Made by a program: the position numbers and the translations under genes. A stretch of DNA of 63,529 nucleotides, filler included, from Octopus bimaculoides (taxonomy: Eukaryota), in assembly GCF_001194135.2 (NCBI RefSeq). It is 6 parts of 5 records of this genome, joined end to end, with 100 filler letters (N's around TTAATTAATTAA, not from the genome) between each part and the next. Parts side by side here need not be neighbours in the genome. Positions count along the whole stretch, not along the records: positions 33,298 to 50,804 come from NC_068988.1; positions 50,905 to 58,009 come from NC_068991.1; 4 more parts are not named here. The stretch is one strand, 5' to 3'. The notes under the pieces were generated by a model that was not told where the DNA came from, did not search any database, and saw only the letters and a program-made list of their open reading frames with translations. Below, piece after piece: positions 40,491-52,760 of this stretch; the first letter of the stretch is position 1; each line of letters begins with the position of its first letter.

Positions 40491-40524
40491 GTACCAGACT
40501 CGCTGCCTCAGCCAGTTGCTATAA
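40491..40524 (+). CDS. Candidate terminal coding exon, unknown product
   Basis: Good acceptor ttacatttacttgcag|G TAC CAG ACT...CTA TAA; reads YQTRCLSQLL*; phase 2, compatible with 38903-38977. Confidence 0.25.
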
Positions 40525-41476
40525 TCACAAGTCTTAGATTTTGTGCATTTTAAAGTGTCACAATATCCTGTCATATTATCATAATCCTTAAGTTTGGTAA
40601 CAACAAGAATGTGTTTGTCATGAGAACTTGGCACACAGACATAGTAGAAGCAAATTTTCAGAAGCTCAACACATGACTGTTTGCAACCAATCAAACTGCT
40701 TACTTTTTGTCATACTCCTCGTTTGAGGAACAACTCGCTGGAACCTAATTTTTGTGTTTAGCTGAACATTGATCAGAGCTGGAAACAAAATCAGCAGGGT
40801 TCCACAATATTCTGTATTCTCACACTCAACACATTCTCTCACCCATGTACTAAAATACATATAAATATTCCCACAAATAAATTTTACCTGGACATACACA
40901 TATCTACTTACGAACATGCACAACAACATGAAGTTATACCAAGCAACCACATTTGCACACTATGATTCTTGAATAAACAATTTTATTTTTTCTCTGTTTC
41001 ATCTACATGAACAGTTGCAAAATTATTTACAAAACTGTTTCAGTTTCATATATCTCATATAAATCCTTGTGCTGCTTTAAAAAAATAATTGAATCTGAAC
41101 AGCGAACTTTTTGATTTTTGTGAAGAATATTATGAACATTCCTACTAGAAATTTTCGCATTCCAGAAATTTCTACACTGCAAAACATAATGAAAATATGA
41201 CATAGAATTTATAGTTCCATTATTTTACCACTTAGATTTTATCTTCTATCTTTCACTTGTTTCAGTCATTAGATTATGGCCAAGCTGGGGCAACACCTTG
41301 AAGAAATTTTATTTGAATGAATTTCATTAAGCCAGGTACTTAAGCACACTAACACTGCTTGTGAAACTGTGTTGAAGGAACACACACACGAAGACACAGC
41401 ATGCACACACACACGCACATGCACATACATACATATATATAATATATATATATATATGACTGAAACAAGTATAAGA

Positions 41477-41513
<37 letters not shown>

Positions 41514-41698
41514 NNNNNNNNNNNNNNNNNNNNNNNNNNNNNNNNNNNNNNNNNNNNNNNNNNNNNNNNNNNNNNNNNNNNNNNNNNNNNNNNNNNNNNN
41601 NNNNNNNNNNNNNNNNNNNNNNNNNNNNNNNNNNNNNNNNNNNNNNNNNNNNNNNNNNNNNNNNNNNNNNNNNNNNNGGGGGGGGGGGACAAACACAG

Positions 41699-41745
<47 letters not shown>

Positions 41746-42859
41746 TACGACAGGTTTCTTTCAGTTTCTGTCTACCAAATCCACTCACAAGGCTTTGGTC
41801 TGCCTGAGGCTATAGTAGAAGACATTTGCCCAAGGTGCCACGGAACTGGACTGAACCTGGAACTATCTGGTTTGGAAGCAGGCGTCTTACCACACACCCA
41901 CGCCTGCACTTGATTCTCATGTTATTTTTTTCCTTTTCTTTTTCCTTTTTCTTGGTAAATAGGAGTGAAAGGAAATTATACACAACCAATTTCTGTAGTT
42001 ATATTTATAAGCACAATCTTTTCCAATTTTCTCCAAATTTAATTTCTATATTCCTCAGCCTGGCAATAAAAACTGATAGCACTGAAGCTGACTAAATCTG
42101 ATGTAACAATTGTCAGATCTACATTATTGACAATACATTAAAATCTATTTGCCAGGAAATTCAACAGTAATGAAATCAGACAGCAAAATATTTTTCTCTG
42201 TACTGTCTATAGAGTGTTCTGCTTATTATTGTTGATAGTTTATTAACAAAACCAAATCTTCTAATTTTATTGACATTTTCATTTTGTAAAAATAGCTGAG
42301 ATTTTACTAATAAACAATAATTAACTGTATGTAGTGTATACACTCATTGTTATTTAATATTTTCTTTATTAAATTGTGTATTTATTATTTTTAGTTTTGT
42401 TCATTTTTACCTTCTGAAAGCCAAAATGAGAGAAAATTAATGAAAACAATCTCAAATTTGCTAACTTATTAATGAAATTAGTCAGTTTTATAGTTCTCAA
42501 AATTTTTCTTCTTAAAAGACTTATCAATGAGGTGATTAAAGTTTCAATATAAAATTAATGGAATGGAGGAGGGGGTTTTGATAAATGAACCTCTGGTCAA
42601 CTTTGATTGAGTACATTTATATACATACATACATAAACAAACACACATACATGCATGTGTCTGCGCATGTATATACACACATGCATACATATAAATATAT
42701 ATTTATCTACACACATATTTATCTGCACACACGCACACATATATTTATCTACACACACACATGTATATGTATATGCACATTCATATATATACATATATAT
42801 ACACAAATATATAGCTATTATGACTTTAATATTCTCTGTTCCATACTTGCACAAACAAG

Positions 42860-43620
42860 ACAGAGTTTGTTGAGGTAGATTTTCAAGGACCAGACTCACA
42901 CTCTGTCACAGGACAGTTGTTACCAAAGCAAGGCAATATCTTTCTAGGGCTAGGCACTGTTTAACAGAATATTGGAAAAGAATGGCATCACTTGTAAGAT
43001 AGTGACATTTTTTTGAAACTATTATGCAATGTCAAAACAGGGAAACACAGACGAACACATATGTATGTATATATGATTATGTATGTATGCAGAGATGTCT
43101 CAGGCACATTCTCAATGTTGGCTGGACCTCAAAAATTCCAGACACAGGTCCTGAGGACAGCTGATATCTTGAGTATTGAGGCAATGGTGCACAAGCACTG
43201 GTTACGTTGGACTGGACACCTTATTAGAATGAAGGATTGCAGGATTCCTAAGCAGACGCTATATGGAGAACTTGTGAATGGAAGGAGACTCTGGCAGAAA
43301 CCAAGGCTGCGATTTAAGGACTGTGTCAAGTCTTTGTTAAAGACCTGTGATATGCAGGACACTGAGTGGGAGAACAATGCCTGTCATCACCACAGATGGA
43401 GGAAGTAGGTTAAGGAGGGGATCGACACTTTTGAGAGAGCATGTATCCAGCATGAAGAACTTAAGCGAGCTGCGTGAAAGTGCACGGCTCATATAGTGAA
43501 TGGGGAAAGCTTGATCTGCAATGTTTGCAGTCTCATGTATGCTTGTCAAGAGCAGGGCTCATTAGTCACCAACGGAGCCAGAAATGCAAAATATAAGTTA
43601 GTCCTAGAGCGCACAATGTT
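42860..43620 (+). mobile_element. RTE-clade LINE 3' ORF remnant
   Basis: LRWTGHLIRMKDCRIPKQTLYGEL...RLRFKDCVK...W, followed by a LICNVC zinc-knuckle-like remnant. Confidence 0.85.
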
Positions 43621-44147
43621 CCTGAAGGTCGGCAATGGTCTTCTTCGGTCACGAGTGGACGGCCATCATCATGTATGTATGCATTTAGAAATACATGTGT
43701 GTGTGTGTGTGTCACTTAAATAACTTAGATATGTTTCAACCAAAGATGGCTATGTCTAACTTAATAACACCATTTGATAGGATTTGTTAAATCCTTTTTG
43801 AGTCAAGTTTTGAGGTATCATGGCCCATTCATGTAGGGTGTGCTTGTTGGGTGAGCCATGCCCAGGTATAGGTGGCTTATCTGGTATCGCTTGACAAAAT
43901 TTGTTCGGATTCTGTTCAAAGGTGATGGGATCTTTTTCCTCTTTGATATGTTTTCAGACAATGCTAAATAAGGTAGGGCCTGTTGAATATAAAAAAATTG
44001 TATTGCAGTATATTTATGTTGTGATCCTGAATTGAGTAGGAGATGCATGACACATTGTTCTAGCCTTCAATGAATACTTGGATGAATGTATGTATATGTA
44101 TGTATGTATATGTGTGTATGTATGTGTGTGTTTATATATATACAAAT

Positions 44148-44182
<35 letters not shown>

Positions 44183-44699
44183 CAGTAATCCCTTGTCATA
44201 CGTGGTTCACCTATTGCAGTTCATTATTTAGGCTTATGTTGATTCCTCTGTGATGTTGCTTTGCATTTAAACGAAATAAATATATATAAATTATAAAAAT
44301 AGTTAAAAAATTATACATCATAGTACTGTTTCTACTTCGCTGATTTTCACCCAATGGGGGTTGCTTTGGAACATAACATCCACGATAGTCGAGGGTGTTA
44401 TATACATATATATATATATGTTCAAAAAAAGGTAAAAGACAAAACACAATAACGTGAGGACATGATACAGATTGTGTTACTAGACGCTCGATATAGGAAA
44501 GAGAGAGAGTATGACGTTTTGAGCGGAGCTCTTCGTCGGAAACAAGGAAAGTCCAAAGGAGGGAAAAACGGAGGAAGAAAAAATCGCCACCGATGTCCAC
44601 GAGGTTACATTGTGGAAGAACCGGAAGGGAAAGTGGCGGAGGAAAAGTTATTTCTAAGAGAGGAGAGTGCAAGAGGGAGGTAAGTATGTATGCGTGCGC

Positions 44700-45128
44700 G
44701 AGGTCTCTCTCTCTCTCTGTGTAATAACAGAACGTGTTTGTACGTATGTATGTGTTTGCGCGTGGTTTGGCTGTTTATCTGTTAGTGTGTGTGTGTGACG
44801 TAGTGGAAGGAATTAGTAGCAGGAATAGTTTGGGAATGGTTGTGGGCAATGGTCAGTGGAAAGTGAGCAGGCAGTTTTTGAGTATGTGTGTGTGAGTGTG
44901 TGTGTTGTGTGGGTGTGATTTCCTAGCAGTGTGTGTCTGTATTTTTGTGTGCGTGTGTGTATGTGTATATGCGTGCGGTTTGCTCTGTGGATCGCACGTG
45001 GGTTATTTCGTGTGTGTGCGTGTATATGCGTAGTATGTGTGCGTGTATATATATATATATGCATGCATAGACACACACAGAAACGCATAAAATTCAATAT
45101 GTGAAAGTTAAGGCATAAAAGACATATA

Positions 45129-45160
<32 letters not shown>
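44700..45160 (-). repeat. Dispersed repeat unit attached to CA-rich sequence; copies at 45840-46300 and 61560-61960 (opposite strand)
   Basis: Shared block gtagtggaagg/caatta(g/a)tagcaggaatagtttgggaa/gtggttgtgg...gaaagtga/ggcaggcagtttttgagtatg. Confidence 0.85.
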
Positions 45161-45161
<1 letters not shown>

Positions 45162-45199
45162 NNNNNNNNNNNNNNNNNNNNNNNNNNNNNNNNNNNNTA

Positions 45200-45560
45200 T
45201 GTAGTAACGCTGTGCGCATGCGTAGTCTCACGCATGCGTGGAATTCAACAACCAAGCTTTCCCGCTTCATTCTGTCTCTTTCTTGCTGGCCAGCGATTGA
45301 GCAAGGACGTGTTTAGCTGTCTCTCTCCATCTTTCAAACTTACGCTAGACAGCTCGCTCACCAACGTCCCAACAACCATGCTCACACACACAGAAGACGT
45401 CTCAACAACAAGAGCTANNNNNNNNNNCCAACAACCATGCTCACACACACAGAAGACGTCTCAACAACAAGAGCTAAAGATGTATATATTTTCCACCTTA
45501 AATAAATGTTGTTGTGTTGATAGTCTGGAGTTCAGCGTTCCGTTAATTCTTAATATTATA
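45200..45560 (+). mobile_element. Possible solo LTR
   Basis: Begins TGTAGT, contains aataaa near the 3' end, ends taatattata (not the canonical CA); sits within a Penelope-derived composite. Weak support. Confidence 0.3.
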
Positions 45561-47220
45561 TAGGAAAGTCAGGTATACATCTAATGATGTATAACCCACT
45601 TTCCTATATATATATATATAGTTTTAGGGAAAAGAACCAAGGTTCATAAAGTCATCGATAAAAATTCACTGTCAAATATATATATACATATATAAAAAAG
45701 AAGTTTGAAAATGCCAATATATAAAAAAATGAATTTTAATTTAAAATTTTGTCAGAGATATTTTTAACATGTTTCGGTTCTTGTAAAAACGAAACTTATC
45801 AAAAATACATATTTAAAAAAATGAAATTAAATGAAAAGTTCATAATTGTTCCTTACTGGTGTCAATAGTCCACGTGGGGGCATTTTTTGTTGGTTGTAGT
45901 AATGGCCGTGTTGGCAATGGCAAATGGCAGTGACCTCTGTCTGTGTCAGCAGCAGCAGTCAATTGGTTGTAGTGGGAAGTGGAGGAAAAGTTCTTTCTAA
46001 GACAGGATTGTGCAAGAGGGAGGTAAGTATGTGTGCGTGCGCGGATTCTGTGTGTGTACGTATGTATGTGCGTGTGGTTTGGCTGTTTATCTGTTAGTGT
46101 GTCGTGTGACGTAGTGGAAGCAATTAATAGCAGGAATAGTTTGGGAGTGGTTGTGGACAATGGTCAGTAGAAAGTGGGCAGGCAGTTTTTGAGTATGTGT
46201 GTGTTGTGTGATTTCCTAGCAGTGTGTGCCTGTATTTGTGTGTGTATATGCATGCGGTTTGCTTTGTGGATCGCACGTGGGTTATTTCGTGTGTGTGTGT
46301 GTGCGTGTATGTGTTAATGTTTGTTGTGTGTGTATGTGAGTTATGTGTGGGTTCATATGCGTGTNNNNNNNNNNTGTTTGTTGTGTGTGTATGTGAGTTA
46401 TGTGTGGGTTCATATGCGTGTGTGTCCATGTATATACACCTGTGTGTGTGTAGGAGTTATGTGTGGGTTCATTTGCATGTGTGTGTATGTGAGTTCGTTT
46501 CTACATGTGTCTTGTGTGTGTATGTATGTATACTTGGGGGTGTGTATGTGTAGGAGTTATGTGTTGGTTCATTTGTATGTGGGTTCGTTTGTGTATGTGT
46601 GTATTTTGTGCGCGCGCGTGTGTATGTGTATGTTTTTGTGCGTGCGTGTGTGTTGTGTATATGTGCGTGCAAGTGCGTGTGTTGTTTATGTGTGTGTAAT
46701 TGTATGCGTGTCTGTGTGAGTGTGTTGTGTTTGTGAGAGGTGTGTGTGCGAGTATGTGTGCGTATGCGTGTGTATGTGAGTGCGTGTGTGTATGTGCGTT
46801 CCTCTGTATGTGTGTGTGCATGCGTTTGCTTACGTACATGCGTGCATGTGCGTGTCATTTATGCCCCATGTGTGTGTAGTTGTATGCGTGTTTGTGTGTG
46901 TGTTGTGTATGTGAGAGGTGTGTCTGCGTTTGTATAAGTGTGTGGGCGAATCTGAGCGTGTAAGTGCATGCATGTGTATTGTGTGTGGTGTGTGTGCATA
47001 CATGTGGGTGCGTGTATTTTTTGTGTGTGTGGGTATGTACATGTGGGAAGAGATGAAATAAATTGTGAATAATTGTAATAAAATAGTGAATAATGGAAAT
47101 AAGGTAAAGTGGATAAGGGAGGGGAGGGGTTAATATAAAAAAACAATAAGGAAAAAATAAAAAAATGAAAAAAAGTGGGGAAAAAATAAAGAAAGTGTTG
47201 CTTCGTCGTAGAGGAGACAG

Positions 47221-47480
47221 TCATAAGGAGGAGGGGGCTGTGTTGAGTCCGAAGGGGAAAGTTGTTTGTAAGTTGAACATATAGCGCTGTTCCAGGTGCA
47301 GAGCGAGGTCAAAAACAGAGATGTTAGAGGAGGAGTGGTTGGCCAAGTGGAAGTGACGAGCGACGGGGAAGTCTGAACCTAACCGAACGTCCCTTAGGTG
47401 TTCGGTGAAACAGTCGGTCAGCCGGCGGCCTGTCTGACCCATGTATAGTTTGTCACATAAGTTACATCTGATGCAGTAGA
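47221..47480 (-). mobile_element. Penelope-like GIY-YIG fragment with downstream 3' region extending toward 45840
   Basis: IYCIRCNLCDKLYMGQTGRRLTDCFTEHLRDV...PVARHF. Confidence 0.85.
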
Positions 47481-47486
47481 TTAGGT

Positions 47487-47523
<37 letters not shown>

Positions 47524-48714
47524 ATTAATACCCGGAATGTATTCAATGCTGAATTTTATTCCGATTTGCACACGTGTACCGAAAGCAACCCAGAAAGATT
47601 CCCGCTTCTTTGTGAAGAGATATATACAGATAAACATCATTCCCTTTGCTTTGTCAGATACATAGGGTGTTCGTTTTGGTAAGGTGAGGATTTTGTTTAA
47701 TTATATATATTTTGTACTATACTATGCTGATGAACGGAAACTAGATTTCATTCTAGTAATCGCAATATTGGTCGATACATAGTTGAGTTATTTAAAAGAA
47801 AGTTGGTTTCTTCTGATGGTTGCTTTCCTCGCAGAACCCAGAACCATGTGGTTGGGAAGCAAGCTTCTTACCACACAGCTACTTCTGTGCCTTATATTTT
47901 TTTCCCTTTTAAGAATGGTACTTATTCTATCAGTCTCTTTTGCCAAACTACTAGGTTATGGGGACATAAATGCATCAACACTAGTTCTTAAGCAGTAATA
48001 GGTGACAAAAACTGATACGAAGACACACACACATAAATATAAATACAAATATAAATACACACACACACACACTTATATATATATATATGCCACTTAAAAA
48101 GCATCCAGTCCACTCTGTAAAGTGGTTAGCATTTGGAAGGGCACCCACCTGTAAAAAAAACATACCAAAACTGACCTTGCCTGCGCTGGTGCCATGTAAA
48201 AAGCACTCACCTCACTCTGTGGGATGGTTGGTGATAGGAAGGGTATCCAGCTGTAAAACCATGCCAAAACAGACACAGAAGTATGGTGCATTTTTTCACC
48301 TGACCAGCTCCTGTCAAATTGTCCAACCCGTTCCAGCATGGAAGGAGGACGATGGTGGTGGTGATGATGATGATGATGATGATGGTGATGATGACGATGA
48401 CGACGACTACGACGACATTGGCAACGATGATACCGGTGACGATGATGGTGAGGAGGAGGAGGACATACACACACCTACAAAATGAGCTTATTTCAGTTTC
48501 CCTTGACCAAATCCACTCACAAGGCTTTGATCAATCCAGAGCTATAGGAGAAGATACTTGGCCAAGATTCCACACAGTGGGACTGAGCCTGGAGTGATAT
48601 GGTTGCAAAGCAAACTTTTTACTACGTAACCATTCCTCCTACACAGCCATGCCAGTGTGTGTAGTTATGTATATATAAATATGTATATATTTATATATGC
48701 ATATATCATCATCA

Positions 48715-48715
48715 T

Positions 48716-48751
<36 letters not shown>

Positions 48752-49215
48752 CATCATCATTTAACATCCGTTTTCCATGCTGGCATAGGCTGAATGCTTT
48801 GACAGAAGCTGACCAGCTGAAGGGCTCTTCAGGCTCCATGACTGTTTTGGCATGGTCTCTACAGCTGGATGCCCTTCCTAACACCAACCACTTTACAGAG
48901 TGTACTGGGTGCTTTTTATGTGACACTGGCATGAGTGCTTTTTACATGGCACCAGCACTTACAAGCCCACAAAATTAGGGATGCTCAGCTGGAGAGGGTT
49001 GCAAGGGATGAACCTGTATGCAAGGGTAACCAGTTTTACTTAGCTTGATGTGTCTTTTCAAGCACAACAAACCACCAGGAGTCTTGGGCCCCTGTGATCC
49101 CTTCAGTGTGTTCCAATGTTTGTAGATCCTTTCTCACCACTTCGTCCCACATCTTCCCGAGTCTACCTCCTTCACATGTTACCTCTATAATAAGAAATCA
49201 ACACTTCTTGATGCA
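48715..49215 (-). mobile_element. RTE-like LINE 3' end with (GAT)n tail
   Basis: Minus strand GGRLGKMWDEVVRKDL...WWFVVLEKT, then 3' UTR ending catgccagcatggaaaacggatgttaaatgatgatgat. Confidence 0.75.
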
Positions 49216-49229
49216 ATTTTCCTCATTCA

Positions 49230-49860
49230 TACACATGAGTGTAAAGGGGTCATCAACATATTGCAGCCATAGGATTGGTTTTACTTGTGTTGATCCTAAA
49301 GCCAAATTCTCAAAGTATTCCATGTATATATTGGCTATTATCGGTGATAATGGTGACCCCATAGCTAAACCCTCCTCTTTTCAATATATATCAGTGTCAA
49401 TACTGAAGTAGGTAGTTTCTACACAGCAGGTTAACATTTCCATTAAGTTTCTTATTGGTATACTAGTTCATTCTTTTAGATGGGTGTCTGTCACTAGTTT
49501 TTCTTGAATCACCGATATTGCTTCACCAGTTGGAACTTTGGTGAACAGACTTATCACATCTAGACTCACCATCTGGTTGTATTCAATGGGGAATCATTGA
49601 TACATTTTGTGAAGTGAGTGGAATTCTTCATGTACAGTGTTGATTTCCTGCTAATGGACTGATTATATCCACAAGGAACTGGCCGAGTGGATGACATTCT
49701 GAAACTCTACAGCTCCCTATAAGTTTAATGGAATACCATCCTTGTTAATCTTAGGGAGACTGTACATGTGTGGTAGTTTAGTGTAGTGTTGAGTCAGTTG
49801 TCTGTACTTCATTGGTGTAAAGTTATCTTTGTTCTTGATCAAAATCTGAGACAACTTCCT
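49230..49860 (-). mobile_element. Penelope-like reverse transcriptase fragment
   Basis: PHMYSLPKINKDGIPL, MVSLDVISLFTKVP, GLAMGSPLSPIIANIYMEYFE and WLQYVDD motifs. Confidence 0.9.
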
Positions 49861-49862
49861 CA

Positions 49863-50020
49863 ATAATAACATCGAAAAATACCTTAGGAATGAGAACCCA
49901 AGTTCGAAATTTCCCCAAGACACCTGATGAAGGTTGGATGGTATATCAGTTGAAATGTTGTGTTAACAACAAACAAGATGAGGACAAATATCCGTCAAAC
50001 ATAAATAATGTAAATAATGA
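49863..50020 (+). mobile_element. Second copy of the hammerhead-bearing repeat module (degenerate ribozyme 49919-49964)
   Basis: Near-identical to 12160-12315; core CTGATGA...GAAA retained, helix III GAAATGTT; abuts a Penelope RT fragment. Confidence 0.75.
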
Positions 50021-50399
50021 AATGTTCAAGTTCCGTCCAGGTTTTGTAAATAAAAGTCTCTTTGTTTTTATGGAGCACAGGGTGGACATCCTTCAGTCAT
50101 GCTAAACTGACCAGTTATAGAAAGACAGGTAATTGTTGGTTCACCTTTTCTAGAACCTCCCTGGCCTCCTGGTGAGCAGTTCCCTCTCCAAATAGACCTG
50201 TTCAGACACCCATGCAGCAACCGAATCCTACCACTGTCTTGGCAACAAAGAGACGACTTTATATCTATCATGGGCAACCTACGTGCAGGTCACTGACTAC
50301 ATGCTTCCAACCTGTCAGGTCTGCATGCTTCACCACATTCCCATCGTCATAGGACTTCCAAAAAAAAAAGTAAAATAAGAATATACTAAAAATAAAGAT

Positions 50400-50803
50400 T
50401 GACATGGAGAAAGCCTTTGACAGGGTCCCCCGATCCCTTATCTGGTGGTCAATGAGGAAACTTGGGATAGAAGAATGGCTAGTGAGAGCTGTGCGAGCCA
50501 TGTACAGAGATGCGGCCAGTAAGGTGAGGGTTGGAAATGAGTACAGCAATGAATTCCGGGTAGAGGTAGGGGTCCACCAAGGTTCCGTCCTCAGCCCCCT
50601 ATTATTTACCATAGTCCTCCAGGCAATCACAGAGGAGTTCAAGACAGGTTGCCCCTGGGAGCTCCTCTATGCTGATGACCTTGCCCTAATTGCGGAGTCA
50701 CTATCAGAACTAGAGGAGAAGTTTCAGGTGTGGAAGCAAGGTCTAGAATTGAAGGGCCTTAGAGTCAACCTAGCTAAAACCAAAATCCTAATAAGTAGGA
50801 AGG
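50400..50803 (+). mobile_element. Non-LTR retrotransposon (RTE-like) reverse transcriptase fragment
   Basis: DMEKAFDRVP, GVHQGSVLSPLLF, LLYADDL, GLRVNLAKTK: RT domains in one uninterrupted frame up to a gap. Confidence 0.93.
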
Positions 50804-50904
50804 TNNNNNNNNNNNNNNNNNNNNNNNNNNNNNNNNNNNNNNNNNNNNTTAATTAATTAANNNNNNNNNNNNNNNNNNNNNNNNNNNNNNNNNNNNNNNN
50901 NNNN

Positions 50905-50938
<34 letters not shown>

Positions 50939-51057
50939 TTCAATCATTTATAATGCCTCTCTATTCTGTTTCTGCAATACAGTGAAACTCTTGCGTATTC
51001 CACAAGTCCATAGTTTAGTCTAATGTTTATTGAACTTTGTTCCTCTTGTTATTGCAG

Positions 51058-51089
51058 TGGACTTGTTCCTGAAGCTGGTGAGACACACA
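51058..51089 (+). CDS. Candidate 32-nt micro-exon
   Basis: ctttgttcctcttgttattgcag| ... CACACA|GTAAGT (strong acceptor and donor); one frame reads GLVPEAGETH and is phase-compatible with 52280. Confidence 0.35.
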
Positions 51090-51927
51090 GTAAGTTTCCT
51101 ATTACTGTCCTTTTAAAGAAACCAACTTTGAGTGGCACTTGATCTTACTTTGTCTTCTACTGAGGTCAGATTAGGTATTGGTTTAGTATGAGTCATGCAT
51201 GCACAAACTGTAAATTTATGATCTAGGTCTGTACAAAATTCATATTGTGAGACACTAGGTATTGCATGGTCTAAATAGGTCTTTTATTAGGGGACACTGG
51301 GTTTTTTTTTATCTAAGCCGGTATGGAGGTTATACTGGGGGATGTTAGGTATTACTGTAGTGTAAATAGATAACACATTGGAAAAAAGTATATATTTTAC
51401 TTTGGTCTATGTATAGCAGTCATATTGTGAGACACTGAATATTAACTTAGTCTAAATATATTCAGGGACAGGATATTCTATTAAATATCATATTATGGGA
51501 CACTCAGTATTAACTTGATGTAAATAAATAATATATTAAGAGACTGGATTTTTTACTTTGATCTTTATTGGAAAGCAAAACTGGAACTCATCAGTTACCC
51601 AATCAATAGAACAGCCTGCTTGGGAAATTAATGTGCAAGTAGCTGAGCACTCCACAGAATGACTCACTGAATGTGACAAAACTGGCCCTTTGAAATACAG
51701 ATACTACTTATTTTTGCCATTTGAGTGAACTGAAGCAAAGTGAAGTAAAGTGTCTTACTCAATTTTTCAGCTGTTTTCACAGCTTTACTGCATACAAAAT
51801 TTACTTTCTTGTCTGTAAAATACCAAACACATTCGACACTTCCAAAGCTTGTTTATAAAATGTTGTCTAATTTAAACCTGACCTGAGCTATTCAACATCT
51901 TTAAAAAGTAAATTAATAATGGGAACT

Positions 51928-52158
51928 ATTAATAGTTATCGCCAAGCCAACATGGCAGTCCAAAAAATAGGACGAATGCTGCCGTTGATTCGGTCCAAGA
52001 GGCCATCGCCTCTAGCTAGCTATGTGACACACGAACCTGTGTCTTTTATAACCTTCAAACAGGGGAGGTCAGCAGCTTCCCCTTGCTGGTTTGGCATCTG
52101 TAGACTAGACTAGTTTTTTTTTTGAACTGCCATGCTGGCTTGGCGATAATTATTAATA
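51928..52158. mobile_element. Short repeat bounded by ~40-bp inverted repeats
   Basis: attaatagttatcgccaagccaacatggcagtccaaaaaa ... tttttttgaactgccatgctggcttggcgataattattaat; the body also occurs at 22506-22690 without the right arm. Confidence 0.7.
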
Positions 52159-52279
52159 TCCAGTACCGCTGCCATAGTCTCCTTTAGAGAGACTTAGAAA
52201 TATTAATATTTCTAATAATGGGGACATATTTGTAGAAAACTGAAACTATGTCTAAATATTTTATTTGTGTTTTTTTCAG

Positions 52280-52359
52280 ATTCTGCTATGGAAGAGTCTC
52301 CCAGAAATATATCTGCAAATGCAAAAGATAACTCCATTGATTTCGACTTTTATGATTGA
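52280..52359 (+). CDS. Candidate terminal coding exon
   Basis: Strong acceptor ttatttgtgtttttttcag|; joined to 51058-51089 it reads (N)SAMEESPRNISANAKDNSIDFDFYD*. Confidence 0.3.
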
Positions 52360-52556
52360 ACTGCAATGTGATATTTTTGCCATACAACCCTCGCCTTATT
52401 TATTTAATTGTATTAAAATCTAATGAAGTTTTCAATAAAACTGTCTAGATTTCACTTATTATATCTATTTATTTATTATTATTGTCATCATCATCGATCT
52501 TTAATTTCTAGATCAGTGGAGATTGTAGTGACATTACTACATCAAATATATATGTA

Positions 52557-52623
<67 letters not shown>

Positions 52624-52760
52624 AGGTAAGCAGAGTTAGCGGTCATAGCAACCGATTAAGGCATAAAATATCCGTATTTACTATCGGTGTCAGTTACCTG
52701 TCTTATCTCTGGGTATGGGTATGCAGGCACACTATGCTCATAGGGTACAGGTAACAGCAG

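Noticed and set aside
38740-40694. Minus-strand two-exon model (…NWLRQRVWYLQ|VPTILQIHPF…)
   Set aside because: Splice sites are plausible, but it overlaps the + strand candidates, has a weak donor and no recognisable homology; it cannot be favoured without expression data.
45340-45475. Exact direct duplications across 10-N gaps (also ~46310-46420), plus the 22222-22275 / 22460-22505 duplicate beside a longer gap
   Set aside because: Typical of unmerged contig overlaps; likely assembly artefacts.
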